Part shown: piece by piece, positions 40,091 to 48,487 of the stretch
Position numbering within the stretch: the first letter of the stretch is position 1
How the letters are laid out: every line of letters starts with the position of its first letter
Source: a virus
Strand: one strand, 5' to 3'
DNA: 64,000 nucleotides
IMG/VR virus record: IMGVR_UViG_3300025849_000009
Position numbers and translations under genes: made by a program
The notes under the pieces: generated by a model
Told to the model about the DNA's origin: nothing
The model's database searches: none
The model's input: the letters and a program-made list of their open reading frames with translations, nothing else

Positions 40091-40889
40091 CTTTTATGCT
40101 CTTTACTTTCTTTATATATTCCAATTGTTCGGAATTAAGTTCAAAATAAGAAGCATTTAATTTACATAAAAGTGCACCTTTTTTTTCGGTGCCATATATG
40201 GGATATCCTCGATCTCTGATTCTAAGAACTTTTCCAGGATAACTATTCTCAGGCACATTAATATAGAGTGGACCTTCAGGTGTATTTACATTTACTTTAG
40301 TTCCTAAGAATATATCTTCCCACGATAGATTCAAATCTAACCAAATATCATTGTCTTGTAAAATCCAATCACTGTTGTGCATTACATGTATGTGAATAAT
40401 AAGATCACCGCTTGGTAGTGTAGAATTATATTGATGAGGTTGTCCCTTTCCCGCGACTCTTAGTTTCATTCCTGTTTTAAGTCCAGCTTTAAAATCAACT
40501 TTAATATCTTGACCATTAACTGCAAACTTTTTAGAAGTTCCAGCATAAGCTTCGTCAAAACTTAAATGTAAATCTAATCTTAAATCTTGACCCTTAGACG
40601 ATTGTCTAGATCCAAATGCATTGCCAAATACTTGATCAAAAAGATCTGACATATTAATATTTCCATCACTAAATCCGTTAAAATTTTGAAAGTTAGAGGC
40701 TGAGTCATATTTTTGCCTCGAAGAATCATCACCTATTTTTTCATAAGCGTCTGCAATCTCTTTGAATCTTTCGTCATTGCCATCGTTTTTATCAGGATGA
40801 TATTCTTTGGCTAATTTCCTATATGCTTTTTTAATGTCATCTTGTGAAGATGTTTTGTCGACACCTAATACACTATAAGGATCCATCAT
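40083..40889 (-). CDS. DnaJ/CbpA-like co-chaperone (J domain plus C-terminal domain, no Zn finger)
   Basis: 'DPYSVLGV...IKKAYRKLAKEYHPD', 'GQDLR..L.LSF.EA', 'GDL.I.I'. Confidence 0.9.
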   Translation of the reverse strand: MMDPYSVLGVDKTSSQDDIKKAYRKLAKEYHPDKNDGNDERFKEIADAYEKIGDDSSRQKYDSASNFQNFNGFSDGNINMSDLFDQVFGNAFGSRQSSKGQDLRLDLHLSFDEAYAGTSKKFAVNGQDIKVDFKAGLKTGMKLRVAGKGQPHQYNSTLPSGDLIIHIHVMHNSDWILQDNDIWLDLNLSWEDIFLGTKVNVNTPEGPLYINVPENSYPGKVLRIRDRGYPIYGTEKKGALLCKLNASYFELNSEQLEYIKKVKSIKDE

Positions 40890-41103
40890 CTGTTTTAAAT
40901 CTAGGAGAATTAGGATGTGGTGTGTAATCTGCTTGATCTAAATTAAGTTTCTCTCTTAGATCTGCTTTTAGATTTTTTTCTTGAAGTTTGCCAATAACAG
41001 CATTTCTTTTTTCAGATGTTTCCGAATTTTTATTAGATTTTTCTAACGCGTCTGCTATTCTTTTTAATTGAAATGCTATTTCTTTTGCTATTTTATCTTC
41101 CAT
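40873..41103 (-). CDS. Hypothetical protein
   Basis: 76 aa, 'LKRIADALEK' motif. Confidence 0.55.
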   Translation of the reverse strand: MEDKIAKEIAFQLKRIADALEKSNKNSETSEKRNAVIGKLQEKNLKADLREKLNLDQADYTPHPNSPRFKTDDGSL

Positions 41104-41350
41104 AATTATTATTTACTAAATCCGATTCTCCATTTTGGAAATCTTGATATGGCAAAGATTTATCTTTCTTTCCCATATGTGGACCGTTTACCATTATAGT
41201 GTCTTTATATGGATTTGTTTCACCTATCTTTGATCTTAACCAATCATCAAGACTTTTAACACTTCCACCAAAATGTCTTATTTTAATCAAAAGAGGATTT
41301 TCGTTTTTAAGATCTACTCTATCCTCTTCAAATAATTTTATATACTTCAT
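41093..41350 (-). CDS. Small protein with MKYIKLFEE leader
   Basis: Same leader as the 26-31 kb cluster; GATATATA 4 nt upstream. Confidence 0.6.
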   Translation of the reverse strand: MKYIKLFEEDRVDLKNENPLLIKIRHFGGSVKSLDDWLRSKIGETNPYKDTIMVNGPHMGKKDKSLPYQDFQNGESDLVNNNYGR

Positions 41351-41353
41351 ACT

Positions 41354-41665
41354 TTATATATCTCGCTTTGGAGACATAATAGAATCTATAGTATTTAGCT
41401 GCTTCATAATCTTAGCACACTTTTCGTATTCTTCGTTTTCTTCAAAATAATCGAGCATCATTTTAAAAGTTCCGTTTAATGAAATTAATTCTGTAGAATC
41501 CATGTGCCTAAGATGCCAATCATTAATACCGTTCTTTTCTATTTGTGCGTAATTAGTTTCAACAGCTAATCGAATCATACGATCTTTGTATTCTTCAAGT
41601 TTCATTTCAAAATCGCGATTGCTATTTTCCATAAATTCATCAAAATTAAAATCGTCTTCTTTCAT
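41354..41665 (-). CDS. Small protein with C-terminal UVR-like motif
   Basis: 'MLDYFEENEEYEKCAKI'. Confidence 0.65.
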   Translation of the reverse strand: MKEDDFNFDEFMENSNRDFEMKLEEYKDRMIRLAVETNYAQIEKNGINDWHLRHMDSTELISLNGTFKMMLDYFEENEEYEKCAKIMKQLNTIDSIMSPKRDI

Positions 41666-41675
41666 ATATTATATA

Positions 41676-41870
41676 TTAAAATAAAAAATTTTGTACAGCT
41701 TCATAAACAAAATCAGAATCTTCGTTTAATAAATCTAATTGTTCGTCTGTCATTTCTTTACCATCATATTCTGCGTATGCAATAAAAGCATCACAAAAAT
41801 CTGGGTAATCCGATGTGTCTATACCATCTACTTCTACGTCGCTAATCTTAGCGTAATCTAAATTTGTCAT
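41676..41870 (-). CDS. Small acidic phage protein
   Basis: 'DGIDTSDYPDFCDAFI..A...G..MTDEQLD.LNED' motif; follows motif copy 4. Confidence 0.65.
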   Translation of the reverse strand: MTNLDYAKISDVEVDGIDTSDYPDFCDAFIAYAEYDGKEMTDEQLDLLNEDSDFVYEAVQNFLF

Positions 41871-41891
41871 ATCTTATGTGTTTAATTATAC

Positions 41892-41929
41892 TGCTAATAT
41901 ACCACAAATAAATGACATAAAAAAATCTG
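41892..41929 (-). promoter_or_regulatory. Conserved early-promoter-like motif, copy 4
   Basis: CAGATTTTTTTATGTCATTTATTTGTGGTATATTAGCA. Confidence 0.7.
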
Positions 41930-41943
41930 GTGGCATTTTTTTT

Positions 41944-41969
41944 AAAAAAAAAGCGGCATAAGCCGCTTT
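41944..41969 (-). terminator. Intrinsic terminator after hsp20
   Basis: AAGCGGC-TTAT-GCCGCTT plus T-run. Confidence 0.85.
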
Positions 41970-41971
41970 AA

Positions 41972-42331
41972 TTATATTACTTTAATTTTTTTAGGATTTA
42001 CTTTCTTGTCTAACATGATAGTTAATATTCCATCAGACATTGTAGCAGTTACACTTTCTACATCTATATTAGATGCTCTAAATTTCTTTTCGAATGATTT
42101 TTTATATAGTGTTTCATCCTTTTCTTTAATATCTGCAGAGATTTTTAAAGTAGATCCTTCCATTTCAATTTCTAAATCTTTTTTAGAAAATCCAGGAAGT
42201 GCCATAGTAAATACTCCGTCTTCGTAATGAAAATCAGTAAGATGATCACTTATTAATTTTCCAGTTTTCCATAGAGGTTCTTGTATTCCTCTAAAAATGT
42301 TGTCAATGTGGTCGTTTGTTGTGTAAAACAT
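41972..42331 (-). CDS. Small heat-shock protein (Hsp20/alpha-crystallin)
   Basis: 'ALPGFSKKDLEIEMEG..L.IS', 'SFEKKF', 'A.MSDGILTI.L'. Confidence 0.9.
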   Translation of the reverse strand: MFYTTNDHIDNIFRGIQEPLWKTGKLISDHLTDFHYEDGVFTMALPGFSKKDLEIEMEGSTLKISADIKEKDETLYKKSFEKKFRASNIDVESVTATMSDGILTIMLDKKVNPKKIKVI

Positions 42332-42409
42332 AGTTTGATTTTTTTATAATTATTTGAGCAACGTGCTCGTATAGTATACTGAAAATATTATACCAAACTG
42401 AGTATTAAG

Positions 42410-42451
42410 ACTTAGTGACATATATTTTATGAACTAAGTGACATATTGTCA
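42410..42451. promoter_or_regulatory. Candidate operator upstream of hsp20
   Basis: Direct repeat ACT(T/A)AGTGACATAT at 42410 and 42433; palindrome TGACA-TAT-TGTCA at 42439-42451. Confidence 0.4.
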
Positions 42452-42453
42452 TT

Positions 42454-43197
42454 TTAAAAGGGAACACCTTCTATAATTGGCATACCGCTCATTTTTAACA
42501 TAATGTTAGCAGTCGCTTGAATATCCTTTTCACAATATGTTTTTATTTCTTCTAACCTATCATTCCAATAATATTCGTTTACTTCTGGTCCTGACATTGC
42601 GTCTTTAGGAGATGGAATACCTAGCAGTTCTGAAATTAAACCTAATTTAGCAGAGTTCCATCCACCAAATTTCCAAACATCTTGTGTGTCTAGTAAACAG
42701 TTTTCCCATGGTTTTTGTTTATGTAAATGAAATGCAGATGGAACTTGTACCTCATTAATCAATGATCTCTTAATAATATAAGGTAAATCAAATCCTTTAA
42801 TATTATGGCCAACCCATTTCATTTTAGGATATTTCTGCATAATTTTGGCAGCAGTTTGTGAAAAGTCTTTAAGAACCTGAGCCTCATCTGTTCCACTAAA
42901 TGACATTGCTTTAAAGTCATTAGGAAATCCAGTCTCATCAAACTTTAATTGTCCTACAGAAATACAGACTATTTTACCCCATTCTGGATAAAGTCCTGCC
43001 ATACGAGACCACATTTTATGTGGATCAGCAAAGTCTTTAAGAGTTTCTGGCTGACTTTCAATAAGTTGCGTAGATTTTATATTCCAATACTCTTCGAGAG
43101 CAGGGTTCTCATCTATGATCTCCTGGAATGTTTCTTTTTGTGTACTAGTTTCGATGTCAATGAAGATCATCTGTTGAAGTTCGCTTAGTGTATACAT
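42454..43197 (-). CDS. PolB-related 3'-5' exonuclease (DEDD)
   Basis: 'FIDIET', 'GKIVCIS', 'GHNIKGFDLPYI', 'IPSPKD', 'YCEKDI'. Confidence 0.85.
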   Translation of the reverse strand: MYTLSELQQMIFIDIETSTQKETFQEIIDENPALEEYWNIKSTQLIESQPETLKDFADPHKMWSRMAGLYPEWGKIVCISVGQLKFDETGFPNDFKAMSFSGTDEAQVLKDFSQTAAKIMQKYPKMKWVGHNIKGFDLPYIIKRSLINEVQVPSAFHLHKQKPWENCLLDTQDVWKFGGWNSAKLGLISELLGIPSPKDAMSGPEVNEYYWNDRLEEIKTYCEKDIQATANIMLKMSGMPIIEGVPF

Positions 43198-43214
43198 ATA
43201 TTTGTTTTAATCCT

Positions 43215-43243
43215 AAAAAACGCCTAGATTAATCTAGACGTTC
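43215..43243 (-). terminator. Probable intrinsic terminator
   Basis: AACGTCTAGATTAATCTAGGCGTTTTTT on the - strand. Confidence 0.6.
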
Positions 43244-43268
43244 TTTATACTCTCTTTTTAGGATTTGT

Positions 43269-43379
43269 TTATTTCTTCTTAATAATAAACTTCCAAATAA
43301 CACCAATAAGTGTGTTAGCTTTGTACTTCGCTCCTTTGTAATTTAAAAGAAACGCTTTCATGTTTGTTTGTTTTTTCAT
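43269..43379 (-). CDS. Small basic protein (36 aa), not in ORF track
   Basis: MKKQTNMKAFLLNYKGAKYKANTLIGVIWKFIIKKK; starts 1 nt after the upstream stop and ends before a terminator. Confidence 0.45.
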   Translation of the reverse strand: MKKQTNMKAFLLNYKGAKYKANTLIGVIWKFIIKKK

Positions 43380-43380
43380 A

Positions 43381-43623
43381 TTATTGTTTTATCCAACCAG
43401 GAGCTTCGTCCCAGTTTCTGTTAGAAGATAAATGAGAATAAGAATCATATGTTAATGAAATCATAACATAACCACCAGTAATTGACGTAGGCACCGATGC
43501 TTCGTTTAACCAATAAAATGGTGCACGATCTATTCTCATATTTAAGAAATCGAATAATTCGTCTATTTGCATGTGATGTATCCACACATTAATAATCATA
43601 CAGTTCATATTAGGTTCTGCCAT
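43381..43623 (-). CDS. Hypothetical protein
   Basis: 80-aa ORF with upstream GATAAATA. Confidence 0.55.
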   Translation of the reverse strand: MAEPNMNCMIINVWIHHMQIDELFDFLNMRIDRAPFYWLNEASVPTSITGGYVMISLTYDSYSHLSSNRNWDEAPGWIKQ

Positions 43624-43668
43624 AATTCTATTTTTAATTCTTTCTATTTATCTTTTTATTTATTCGAT

Positions 43669-44601
43669 TTATCTTCTTTTGAATCTAGATTCATCTGAAG
43701 CAATCGTTGTATTAATATCCTCTTCTATATAAGCGTCAATTATTTTTTTAGTTTTATCTGAAATATCTTCTCCGTAATAGTCTTTATACATTTCTTTATA
43801 TACATGTCCCATAACACCAAATACTGGTCCAGGTTCTGATGACATTTCAATAACATAAGGATGATCTTTATCATCTATAACAATATCTACTGAATAAAAA
43901 TCTAAATCATTGTGTTCTTTTGAAAATTCTTCAACAACACCAACTAAATTTTCTGTTATAGGTGATTTTGATAATTCGTAATTAAATACTAGTTTATCAT
44001 CCGCTTTTTTAGATAGGTTTTTTGTTTCTTCGTTTGCAGGCACTCTATATACTAACATCAAAGGTTTTCCTTTCCAACAATAAATTCTAAGTTCATTTAC
44101 GATATTTATCTTTTCTGAGAAAACTGAAAACTGATCTAAATCAACGCCTTCTAAATCTTTTTCTTCTTTAAAAACCATAATACCTTGGCCACTATATCTG
44201 TTATCTGGTTTAGCTATAATAGGATATTTAAGTTCTTTTAAATTTGATTTATCAAAAACTACTTTAGGCGTATGTTTAGATTTTTCATGAGTCTTGCACC
44301 ATTTTACTTTAGAAGAAACTCTTTGTTTAGCTTCAATTGAATTATAAATAAATTTAGAATCCCATCCATCATTTATCATTTTCTCAATTTTCCAATTAGC
44401 ATAATTAAGAACTGGAATTTCAGAAGGTTCTGCTTTTTTATTTTTATCTAATAATTCAAATACCTTTGAGACATTATATTTAGAATCATACACATATTTA
44501 TTATCTGGCATTTCTACAGAAACCGCGATGCAGATTTTTTTAAGTTGATCAGTTTCATCAGCTTCTAAAAGAAAATCTTTAAATGTGTATATACTTCTCA
44601 T
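43669..44601 (-). CDS. ATP-grasp ligase (RimK-like) with CTS-like leader
   Basis: 'YPIIAKP...SGQGI', 'ELRIY', 'DFYSVDI......YVIEMSSEPG'; leader MRSIYTFKDFLLEA. Confidence 0.75.
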   Translation of the reverse strand: MRSIYTFKDFLLEADETDQLKKICIAVSVEMPDNKYVYDSKYNVSKVFELLDKNKKAEPSEIPVLNYANWKIEKMINDGWDSKFIYNSIEAKQRVSSKVKWCKTHEKSKHTPKVVFDKSNLKELKYPIIAKPDNRYSGQGIMVFKEEKDLEGVDLDQFSVFSEKINIVNELRIYCWKGKPLMLVYRVPANEETKNLSKKADDKLVFNYELSKSPITENLVGVVEEFSKEHNDLDFYSVDIVIDDKDHPYVIEMSSEPGPVFGVMGHVYKEMYKDYYGEDISDKTKKIIDAYIEEDINTTIASDESRFKRR

Positions 44602-44612
44602 CTAATATATAT

Positions 44613-45041
44613 CTACGAAGGAAATACTTCTATCGTTCTTTCTTCTCTAACTAGGTCTGCCCATTTACCTTCATATCTTGTACCCTTAACAATATGGTTG
44701 TCAACCCAATGATAATTACCACCTCTTGGTTTTCCCATTAATAGTCCATGATATTTAAAACCATGTTTATTTAGCCAATTTTCTGTAATCTCTCTTACGT
44801 CTTCAGTTCTTGAAGTAAAGAAAGTTACAACATGTCCTTCGTCATACCATCTATTAAGTGTTTCTACAGATCCTTCATATGGTAAAACTATTGACATTCT
44901 TTCTGGCTCTTCGTTTGGTACATCATCTGTAATTGTACCGTCAATATCAATTAAATAATTCTTAGCACCATTCTTTAAAACGGGTGATACTAAATGCCCA
45001 TCATCTCCAACGATCTCGTTAAATGTAATCTCTTTTTTCAT
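44613..45041 (-). CDS. HAD-superfamily phosphatase
   Basis: 'IDIDGTI', 'FFTSR', 'TENWL..HGFKYHGLLMGKP'. Confidence 0.8.
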   Translation of the reverse strand: MKKEITFNEIVGDDGHLVSPVLKNGAKNYLIDIDGTITDDVPNEEPERMSIVLPYEGSVETLNRWYDEGHVVTFFTSRTEDVREITENWLNKHGFKYHGLLMGKPRGGNYHWVDNHIVKGTRYEGKWADLVREERTIEVFPS

Positions 45042-45056
45042 ATTGTTTTTTATTAA

Positions 45057-46388
45057 TTATTTCTTTCTCATAAATGATACATTAATGTATCTTTTCCCAC
45101 TGTGTATTGGTCTGGCACCATGTTTATGTGTAATCATTCCTGGGTGAATGGTTGCAGTGCCCACTAATTTTGGATTTGATAATATTTTATATTTTGGAAA
45201 CCATGTACCGCCTCCATCAAACTCATCGTTTAATTTTACTACCATTGTAATATGACTAAAGTCGTGATGTAAACTTAAATGAGATTGTCTATCAGTAGTG
45301 TATCTTACCATAAAGTTTTCAGTATCCATATTGTCCCAACCTGCACCTTCTAATTCCCATAAATGTATACAAAGAGGAGAAACTATTTCTCTTACAACTC
45401 TATTATAAATATGATCTAATCCTATTTCTGGTAATAAGACATCGTTTGTTGGATAAAATTCGTGTCTGTCTTTTGTCCATTTATCCATAACTTCTGCCAA
45501 ACCTACGGCTTCTTTACAGAATTTTTCTGTAAATAATGGAAACTCATAAATATTATTTCCTATATCATCTACCATTAAATCATATTCACCCTTAGATACC
45601 GTTTCGTTTACATATTTTGATTTCCATGAATCCCAATCACTATCATCTAATATTTCGAAATATGGTTGTGTTTTCAATAAATTAATATTCGCATCATATG
45701 GTTCTGTCATAGATTGTTCATGCGGTCTATTTTGTTCTATCCAATTATCAACTGGAGCTATCGCTTTAAGTTTTGGTGGAAACAGTATATTAATATCTTG
45801 TCTTCTATGCTCTGTATATGTTGCTGTTAAGAATTCGTCGGGTGCAATTAGATTTTGTTTAAAGTTATAATCATTGACTAGTATTTTTGCAGTGTCTCTT
45901 TTAATTACATACGCGTGTGTATTATAACTACTAAGAGCTGTTACCCATTTATTACTTGCATCAATTCTTTTTTCATCCTTAGAACATATAGCATTTCTAC
46001 CTAAAAATGCAATATCCCATTCTGTATTTGGAATAACTGGATTTGTAAGCGGAGCTACTGAAACAAAATCATCTTCTAATATTAATGCACAATTGACATT
46101 GTTTTCTATTATATTGTTCCATATACTTAAGTGGCTAATTGCACAACCTGCTTCTCCACCAGTAACATCTCTTTTCCACCAATCATTCCATGAATCAGAT
46201 CCTAAATTCCATAAATCATATACACTATGTCCATCTAATAAATTACCTGAAGTTCCATCAAAACCTTGAACTATTTCCCATTCTACAGAATATGGCATAC
46301 CAAGTTGATCTACCCTGGTGGCAATGTTTCTCTGAATACTTGGATCTCCGGCATTCAAACTTATAATATAAATTTTATCTATTTTCAT
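45057..46388 (-). CDS. GT25 (procollagen galactosyltransferase-like) fused to PLOD-like 2OG-Fe(II) lysyl hydroxylase
   Basis: GT25 part: 'IYIISL', 'FDG', 'GEAGCAISH..IW', 'LILEDD', 'DEFL'. Oxygenase part: 'PTND', 'NFMVRY...Q..L.LHHD.S', 'GGGT.F', 'HPG.ITH.H......G.RYI.VSF'. Likely start M9. Confidence 0.85.
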   Translation of the reverse strand: MKIDKIYIISLNAGDPSIQRNIATRVDQLGMPYSVEWEIVQGFDGTSGNLLDGHSVYDLWNLGSDSWNDWWKRDVTGGEAGCAISHLSIWNNIIENNVNCALILEDDFVSVAPLTNPVIPNTEWDIAFLGRNAICSKDEKRIDASNKWVTALSSYNTHAYVIKRDTAKILVNDYNFKQNLIAPDEFLTATYTEHRRQDINILFPPKLKAIAPVDNWIEQNRPHEQSMTEPYDANINLLKTQPYFEILDDSDWDSWKSKYVNETVSKGEYDLMVDDIGNNIYEFPLFTEKFCKEAVGLAEVMDKWTKDRHEFYPTNDVLLPEIGLDHIYNRVVREIVSPLCIHLWELEGAGWDNMDTENFMVRYTTDRQSHLSLHHDFSHITMVVKLNDEFDGGGTWFPKYKILSNPKLVGTATIHPGMITHKHGARPIHSGKRYINVSFMRKK

Positions 46389-47404
46389 ATAGATTCTAAT
46401 ATGTTTTTCCAATCATATGATCTGGCATTCCATGTTTGTTGTTTAGACCATTTATAAGCATCATTAATTGATTTATCTTTAAGTCCACTACTTAGTGTAC
46501 CTAGTATTTGTATAACCTGATTCCAATTTGTTTCATTTCTTTCTAAGATAACTCCACTATTTACAGTCTCTTTTAATGCTGCTACCGTGGTAACAATAGG
46601 TAATACTTTGGCATATTGCATTTCAAGCGCAGTAATACAATATGTTTCTTCATAATCAGTTACATAGCACCAATATTCTGCACGTAACATTGCAGCGTGT
46701 AATGTTTCTTGATCTACTGTACCATGACACGTAACTTCTTCAAACTTATTAAATGAATAGTCAGTATGATTTGCTATAGAATAGCCTGGAGAATATATGT
46801 CTAATGTTGCATGTGGCATTATATCTTTTATCTTTGGCCAGTTTTTTAATAATTCTAATAAGCCACGTTCAGGTGCAGAACTATATATGAATTTACCTTT
46901 TATTTTTTCAGGAGTACCATTAAATGTCGAAGGATCAATGGCATTACCAATCACTGAGATTTTATTTAAAGGTATATTATATGTGTGTGCCCAATGATTC
47001 TTATGCCAGTTAGTCAAACAAATTGTATGATCAACTTGTTGTGTTAAAATGTTTGCGTCTCCTAACACTTTATGATTCCACCATGGGTGATGATGTGTAT
47101 TATGTGCCCAAAATACTTTCTTTGCTGAATACCCTTCAAACTCTTTTAGAAAATGGATATAACTTGCAGATATAATATAATCAAACTGATCAAAATATTT
47201 TTCATGAACAGTATGTGTTGATATCCATTCTACACCATCAATTAAACCAGAATCTTTTACTTCACCAGAAACCACAACCTTATAACCAAATTTAACTATC
47301 TCTTTAGCTATATTAATTATAGCAATTTCAGTTCCTGCTAATCCAATACTGGTATTGCTATCAAATTTGTTTTTTTGATAACCCGCATAAAATAATATTC
47401 TCAT
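46385..47404 (-). CDS. GT-B glycosyltransferase (GT4-like)
   Basis: 'GLAGTE', 'YSSAPERGL..LL', 'YEETYCITALE' (E-x7-E). Confidence 0.85.
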   Translation of the reverse strand: MRILFYAGYQKNKFDSNTSIGLAGTEIAIINIAKEIVKFGYKVVVSGEVKDSGLIDGVEWISTHTVHEKYFDQFDYIISASYIHFLKEFEGYSAKKVFWAHNTHHHPWWNHKVLGDANILTQQVDHTICLTNWHKNHWAHTYNIPLNKISVIGNAIDPSTFNGTPEKIKGKFIYSSAPERGLLELLKNWPKIKDIMPHATLDIYSPGYSIANHTDYSFNKFEEVTCHGTVDQETLHAAMLRAEYWCYVTDYEETYCITALEMQYAKVLPIVTTVAALKETVNSGVILERNETNWNQVIQILGTLSSGLKDKSINDAYKWSKQQTWNARSYDWKNILESI

Positions 47405-47452
47405 TATAATCTAGCAAAAAAAACCCACACGAATGTAGGTTTAATTTATAAT

Positions 47453-48364
47453 TTAGTTCTTATTTCTTTTAACTTTAGGTGGAGCGTCTATAAACCAACC
47501 CTTATAATATTCTCTTTTTTCATAGATATAATTCATGTAATCATCCACTTTGCCCTTCCAATCTTCATCAATTGCTGGATTTATAATTCCAGATTTGTAA
47601 CTAGAAAAAACCTGATTAATCCATTCTGCACCGCTTTCTTTATTATCATAAAGACTAGAGTTTATAGTATAAAAAGATCCTCTGCTTATATTATTCCACA
47701 CATCCATTGGATAAACTTCTTTTTCAAGAACAACAGAATATAATGCACTTTCACTAATGTGTGTACTATATACTGTTTTAGCTTTTTGTAAAAAGTAATA
47801 AAGATCTATGTCTCTTGGTAAAATAGATTCTTCACCAAATAAATCTTTAATTTCACCTATAACTGCATGTGTAGTAATAGGATGTGGTTTAAAATAAACA
47901 TCACCTTTATGTTTCTCAGCAACTTCAATTAATTTATTTAAACAACAATTTTCTTTAAGCTTATTTGAACCTGGTAAAATAACCAAAGTGCTTTTATCTT
48001 CATATCTGTCGAAATCTTTCTTGCGATTTTGATATTTATTAGCTTGATCTTTTTCGATATTTTCTTTAAAGTAAGATACCCAATCATAGACGTGTTCGAC
48101 ATCATGTACTAAAGCATCAGCAATTTGTTCTCTTCTCATTTTGAGATTTAGTGGTTGCATTAAAAAACAAGTAGCATATTCTGTATATCCCATTGTTTTA
48201 AAGTACGGCATTTCTTCTGCTATAACATCATAACTGTGTTCTAATCCAAGTTCTCTACATTTTCTTAAAACATATCGTTCCACTTGTTCGAGTGGTTCTA
48301 GTTTTGTATTTTTCTTTAGAGGCCCAATTCTTTCATTTAGCACCTTTTTGTTAAACATTTCCAT
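47453..48364 (-). CDS. Putative GT-B glycosyltransferase (KpsS/sialyltransferase-like HP motif)
   Basis: 'LVILPG', 'VYFKPHP', 'V.STH.SESALY..L.K.V'. Confidence 0.55.
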   Translation of the reverse strand: MEMFNKKVLNERIGPLKKNTKLEPLEQVERYVLRKCRELGLEHSYDVIAEEMPYFKTMGYTEYATCFLMQPLNLKMRREQIADALVHDVEHVYDWVSYFKENIEKDQANKYQNRKKDFDRYEDKSTLVILPGSNKLKENCCLNKLIEVAEKHKGDVYFKPHPITTHAVIGEIKDLFGEESILPRDIDLYYFLQKAKTVYSTHISESALYSVVLEKEVYPMDVWNNISRGSFYTINSSLYDNKESGAEWINQVFSSYKSGIINPAIDEDWKGKVDDYMNYIYEKREYYKGWFIDAPPKVKRNKN

Positions 48365-48438
48365 ATATAAAAAGTAATTTAATAGTTATACACAATAACA
48401 TGTGTTTGTTTAATTATTTATCTCATTTATTTTTAGAG

Positions 48439-48469
48439 CAAAAAAAAAGCATACCTAAGTATGCTTTTT
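48439..48469 (-). terminator. Intrinsic terminator after the Thr-rich gene pair
   Basis: AAGCATAC-TTAG-GTATGCTT plus T-run. Confidence 0.85.
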
Positions 48470-48487
48470 AAATTAATTGAGTTATTT

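Noticed and set aside
37867-42331. Bacterial chromosome origin suggested by rnhB, phoH, rpsU, dnaJ and hsp20
   Set aside because: These genes are interspersed with phage-type small ORFs and share strand and promoter motifs with baseplate and neck genes; they are auxiliary phage genes.
1139-47000. Short + strand ORFs in the track
   Set aside because: All lie antisense to, or mostly overlap, well-supported - strand genes and show no recognisable motifs.
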